NCBI RefSeq assembly: GCF_011745625.1
Contig: NW_027191464.1
Span: 186,001-250,000 of the forward strand
Length of the DNA: 64,000 bases
Source: Cladosporium halotolerans
Taxonomy: Eukaryota
Reading direction: 5' to 3'
Under the pieces are notes generated by a model that saw only the letters and a list, made by a program, of their open reading frames with translations, was not told the origin of the DNA and searched no databases. This document shows, one piece after another, positions 59,800 to 64,000 of this stretch. A program made the position numbers and the translations under genes. Position 1 is the stretch's first letter, and each line of letters begins with the position of its first letter.

Positions 59800-62030
59800 G
59801 ACTGTGGCTCTAGAAACATCGGTGATGGGGTTTCACAGACAGAGGAAGGAGTAAGCATCCACAGCTTCTTTGATGGAACAATGCGGGCTCGAGGCTCCAA
59901 GATTGACGGTGCTGAAGAATGCAGTACAAGAGCATACAACCTGTCTTTCAATCGATGACCGTTCAAATGATACCTGAAAGCAATTCCACATTTGCGGAAT
60001 ACATCCCCAATCGTCGTTCACTACACCGTCTTCATCTATAATATATCAACGACCGTGTCTATCAACCACAAAACTCCATGGGCACACCCGTGAGTCTCGG
60101 TCTACCCAGTCGTATAACGCGTATGTCAAAGGCGAAGCGTCACCGCATCCGACATCAATGAAACTTGACATCTCACCGACCTTTCAGCGTCCCAATCCTC
60201 AAAATCAGCCAACGACCCAATCTCCCACTCACTCCAAGACCGCAACCGCAAATCCTCACACCAACCTACCATTCATCCCAGAACAGCACGCCGCGAACCC
60301 CTAACCAGCCCCTAACCAGCCCCCAGTCCCCCTTCCAGCTCCCCTCCCTCCCATCATCCACCTCAGCCCTCCCTCCCTCGCCTCCCCCCAAACAACCTGA
60401 AACACGCCCCCGTCAGCACTAACACCCGACCCCCATCTTCACGAACCCGCCCTCAGCCCCTCGCCCAGCAACGCAAGTGAGACCCCGTCCGCAGCTCAGC
60501 CAGCAGCTCGAATCCTTCCCGGTCCCGCTTGGGCTTTGCCAGAGCTGAGTGGTGGAAACAAGAGAGGGCTGAGAGGCGCAGGGCTGAGAGCGGAGCTGCT
60601 TTTGCGGCCCTGGGTTTGCCACTTGGAGGTTGGGGTGTATTAGCCGGGTGATGAGGGATATGGGAGGGTTGGGTGTCTGAGTGAGCGATATCAAATGAGC
60701 CCGGGAGCTTCCCCGTGCTATCTACAATAATACACTACCAGGACACGTAGGCTCGTGTTCCTGTTGCCAGAAGGATTTTGTAGGCGTGCGACTCCCCGTC
60801 CCTCTTCCAGCGAGCTGCAGCGCGAACGAGACCGAGATCTAGCGGTCCTGCCTGCCTGCAAGAACCGGTCCTCGATCTGGCCAGCCGGGAAGCCTTGTGG
60901 GATGGGGTGGGATAGGATGGACAGCCCTCCCCTCCGCGGCGAGAATAGCAACGCAGCAAGCAGCGCATGCACGGAAGCAGGCAAGCGAGATCCTTCGGTC
61001 GGGGCGAGGTGGCTAGCTGAAGCTGAGATAAGGAAGGTACAGTAGGCGGGGTGACAGAGCCAGAAGCTACGGTGCAGAGATCATGCGAGCCCCCCTCTTC
61101 TGCGTCCTGCTGGCGTGAAGCTGCGTGGCGTGGGGGAGGATTTTGGGATGGGATGGGAGGTGTATGGAGGTGTGGGGGGGTAGCCTACGCTACCCCTCCG
61201 GAGGCGCGAAGGGCGATCGTACGGGTACATGCATGGAAGAAGGAGGGAGATTGTGTGAGCCGTTGTTGAAGGCGTGCGAGATTTTCACAGCAAAAACACA
61301 TAGTCGTACCGGATCGAAGAGAAGAAAGCGATCGTGGCTCAGGAGGATGTAGCGAGGTACAGCAACTTTTTCATGTAAATGCATTTTTCTTTCGTCGAAA
61401 CCACGGATATGCGAGCCTTCACCATCTTCCCCTGCCACTTAGGCAATAATATTCCCTCACCCTCAACCCAGATTCCCACCCGCCACATACGTACCAACCC
61501 TCATTCCGTAGAAAGAGGGTACCTAAAAAAGTTCCCAGATTCCGAACCCTCGCTTCCCAAATCCGGGTATAATATCATCTCTTCCCCCCCCTTTCTCCGG
61601 GAATTTTTGTTTGAATTCGACTCTCAACGCCTGCCGAGATCCCGAACCATTCGTGCATGCATGCGCGCGTTTGAAGAATAGAATTGTAGCAAAAAAAAAA
61701 AAAAAAAAGGCGATGCCCTCCCGACGAGTTGTCGGTGCCGACGGGCACGTTCTTTTCTCGAGCGGAGAGGAAGTGAAAAAGCCCATGTATGTTGTGTTGT
61801 GTCTGTCATGATAATCGTAGCGAACGGAAGATGCGATGCGGGAAAATTGTCTCGCCGAAGCAGATGTAGAAGCGAGCAGGTACCGGCCGAGCACGGCAAC
61901 TTGCGAAAGAATAGATGTGAAGCCGACGAGCGCGGTGCGAGAGCGAAGCATCAGCACTGCGATGGACTTGCATTGCTCTAGTTTACAGCTTAGCCGACGG
62001 TGCCGATGTGGAGGACGTGCACACATCGTG

Positions 62031-64000
62031 CTAGGTACTTCGCGGGTCGCGCTCGAGCAGGCTTGAGCACTGTATGGGCGAGCCCGTGAGGCCGGTCGTT
62101 GTGACCATTAGAGCCGGAGGAGCTTGGGGAGCGCCACCGCCGGTTACGACGGCCCGCTTCTCAGGCAGCGGCTCGTCCTTCATGCACGCGTTCTCCAGCA
62201 TGTTCGTCCACTTGCCGCTGGTGCCGGCGTGACTGTGCTTGAGGTGCTGGCGGAAGTGGTCGGCGCGGAAGAACTTCTTGGCTTTGTTGCACTCGCCGAA
62301 CTTGTGGACGTGGTTGAGGTGCTCCGCGCGTTGGTCCCAGCGCGGCGGGTTCTGGAACTCCTCGCCGCAGTAGCCGCAGACGTCTGCACCGCTGCCGGTT
62401 ACAGATTGATGGAAGGCGGCTTCTGGGCCGGCGAGGGCGGCGCATGACCAGGAATGACGACGCAGGTGAAGGGAATTTTGGTGTCGCTCGGCTTCATTCT
62501 TGTTCTTGAAGCGATTCGGACAGTAGGCGCAGCTATATTGCTTCTCGGACTCGTGACTCCTGCGAATAGTCAGTGATTGTACCTTCGAAGATATGTGGCA
62601 CGCCTGAAGCTCACCTCAGCTCTTCCTCGCTGTCGAACTTTTTGGGCTTCTTCGGGCAACACTCGCAGATGTACATGCCCCTCAGCTGCGACAAGCTACT
62701 TTGGCGGGAGTGCGGAGCGCTATCTGGTCCCGAGCTATGAGCCCCACCTTGGGTACTGCTGGATAGGGTTCGACCGTGGTGGGGGTTAGGAAGGATCGGA
62801 CTAGGCTTGAGCGATTGGTCGCTGCCAGAAGGAGTCCTAGCTCGTAGCTCTGGGTCGATAGCGGGAGACATCATGCCGGGTGAAATGCGACCAGAAGCAT
62901 AGCTGGTGGCGCTGCTGGGGACGCTCGGGATGCCGAGAGACGAACCGAATGAGCCGTGTCGAGGTGCGTAAGAAGATGCCGAAGACAGTGAGGAGTGGCT
63001 TGGCTGGAATCGTGCGACAGGGGAGCCACGCTCCGGAAGTTGGTGAAGTGAACGACGGTTGTAGGCATCAGTCTGACCGGATGCGCTGCTGACAGACGAA
63101 CGTTCGTCGTAGTATAGCTCCCTTGGCGGCGAAGATGCTCGTCGCTTGGTCCCGGCCTTAGCGCCGTTTGAAGATTCGTCTGAGAAGCCGGAAGGGCTGC
63201 GGTCGTGAATATGTAGGTTGCCCATGCGAGATTCCTCCATGGGGAAGTCCTCGTTCGCGTACATTGTGTTGTCGTAGCTGCCGCGATGAGACGATGAAAG
63301 GCTCCCATTGCGCGTATGTAGTCGGCTTGAGTCTGCAGGCCCGTGCTCCCAGAACCCAGCGAAACCTGGTGATATCGCGCCTGAAGAAGACATGCTTGGC
63401 GGGTAACGAGCATTCGCCGGCGACTCCAATAACGAACTTGGACGTCGCTCGTGAGTTGGGACGGTCAAAGGCCGCAATTGGCTATTTCGTCGTTCGCTTT
63501 CGGCATTTGCAAGTTGCGCTGTTTCTTGCATCCCTGAGCCATACGAAACTGATTGTCTCTTGGAGTCGGGTGTGCTGGGGCCACCAATTCGACTCAACAG
63601 TTGCTTGTCATAAGCTTGCGAAGAGCCTTCGAGCGTGGTTTGTTCCAATCGACGCTCGCTTTGAAGTCTGCTCGCAAAAGAGGTTAGCGGTTGTTACGAT
63701 GAAGGATAAAGTGATGTCTGGGGTCGTGAATGATTGTTTCCTTCGCATATCCCAAAAATTCGGCCGGGCCACTTTGATCGATGACCAGACATCTCCAACT
63801 CCAATTCAAAGCAGCATTCGCAACGAGGCGCACGTACCTGTAACTGGATCCTGTTCGCGAACCTTCATCGTCGCTTTGTTGCTGCGCGTCCGGCATCTCA
63901 TGATCCCGCGCGATTCCAACAACAGTTGACAAGGAACTGCCTCGCCGTCCATCGTCCATGCTGCCGTTTCCTGTGTGCTCAAGCTCTTTCGCATAAAGCG
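62031..64000 (-). CDS. C2H2 zinc-finger transcription factor, 5' end outside window; exons >64000-63838, 63667-62615, 62559-62031
   Basis: Spliced YICECCPKKPKKFDSEEELR|SHESEKQYSCAYCPNRFKNKNEAERHQNSLH..SWSC..CGYCGEEF..EHLNHVHKFGECNKAKKFFRADHFRQHLKHSH; both introns canonical and phase-matched. Confidence 0.9.

Noticed and set aside
61691..61708. A18 tract as a retroelement tail
   Set aside because: No target-site duplication or element body; lies in the likely 3' UTR of the C2H2 gene.

Overview
Eukaryotic, GC-rich, gene-dense DNA from a filamentous ascomycete (short GT-AG introns with CTRAC-type branch points; a Dothideomycete is likely but that is inference). I can support about 17 protein genes, one tRNA-Arg(ACG) and one multiply disabled pseudogene. 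In order: AROM-C-terminal/QutR-like protein, histidine acid phosphatase, secreted Ser/Thr/Pro-rich repeat protein, an orphan with a PemK/MazF-like C-terminal domain, a SET_assoc-like + PHD protein with a 66-bp coding minisatellite, SCY1/Cex1-like pseudokinase, Pab2, Upc2-like Zn2Cys6 factor, Rsp5, small GPI protein, aldo-keto reductase, an intronless PTH11-like 7TM + FucP-type MFS fusion, the pseudogene, RUS1/DUF647, tRNA, a hypothetical, RgsA-like RGS protein, ARG4, Vfa1, F-box protein and a C2H2 factor running off the right edge. No transposon, CRISPR array or secondary-metabolite cluster is evident. Best leads: the receptor-transporter fusion, the MazF-like orphan with a phased GTCCTCA array upstream, an ORF-less ~1.1 kb fold-back region (candidate structured ncRNA), and the Set1-derived domain + PHD protein lacking a SET domain. 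All family calls are from motif recognition by eye; no searches were run.
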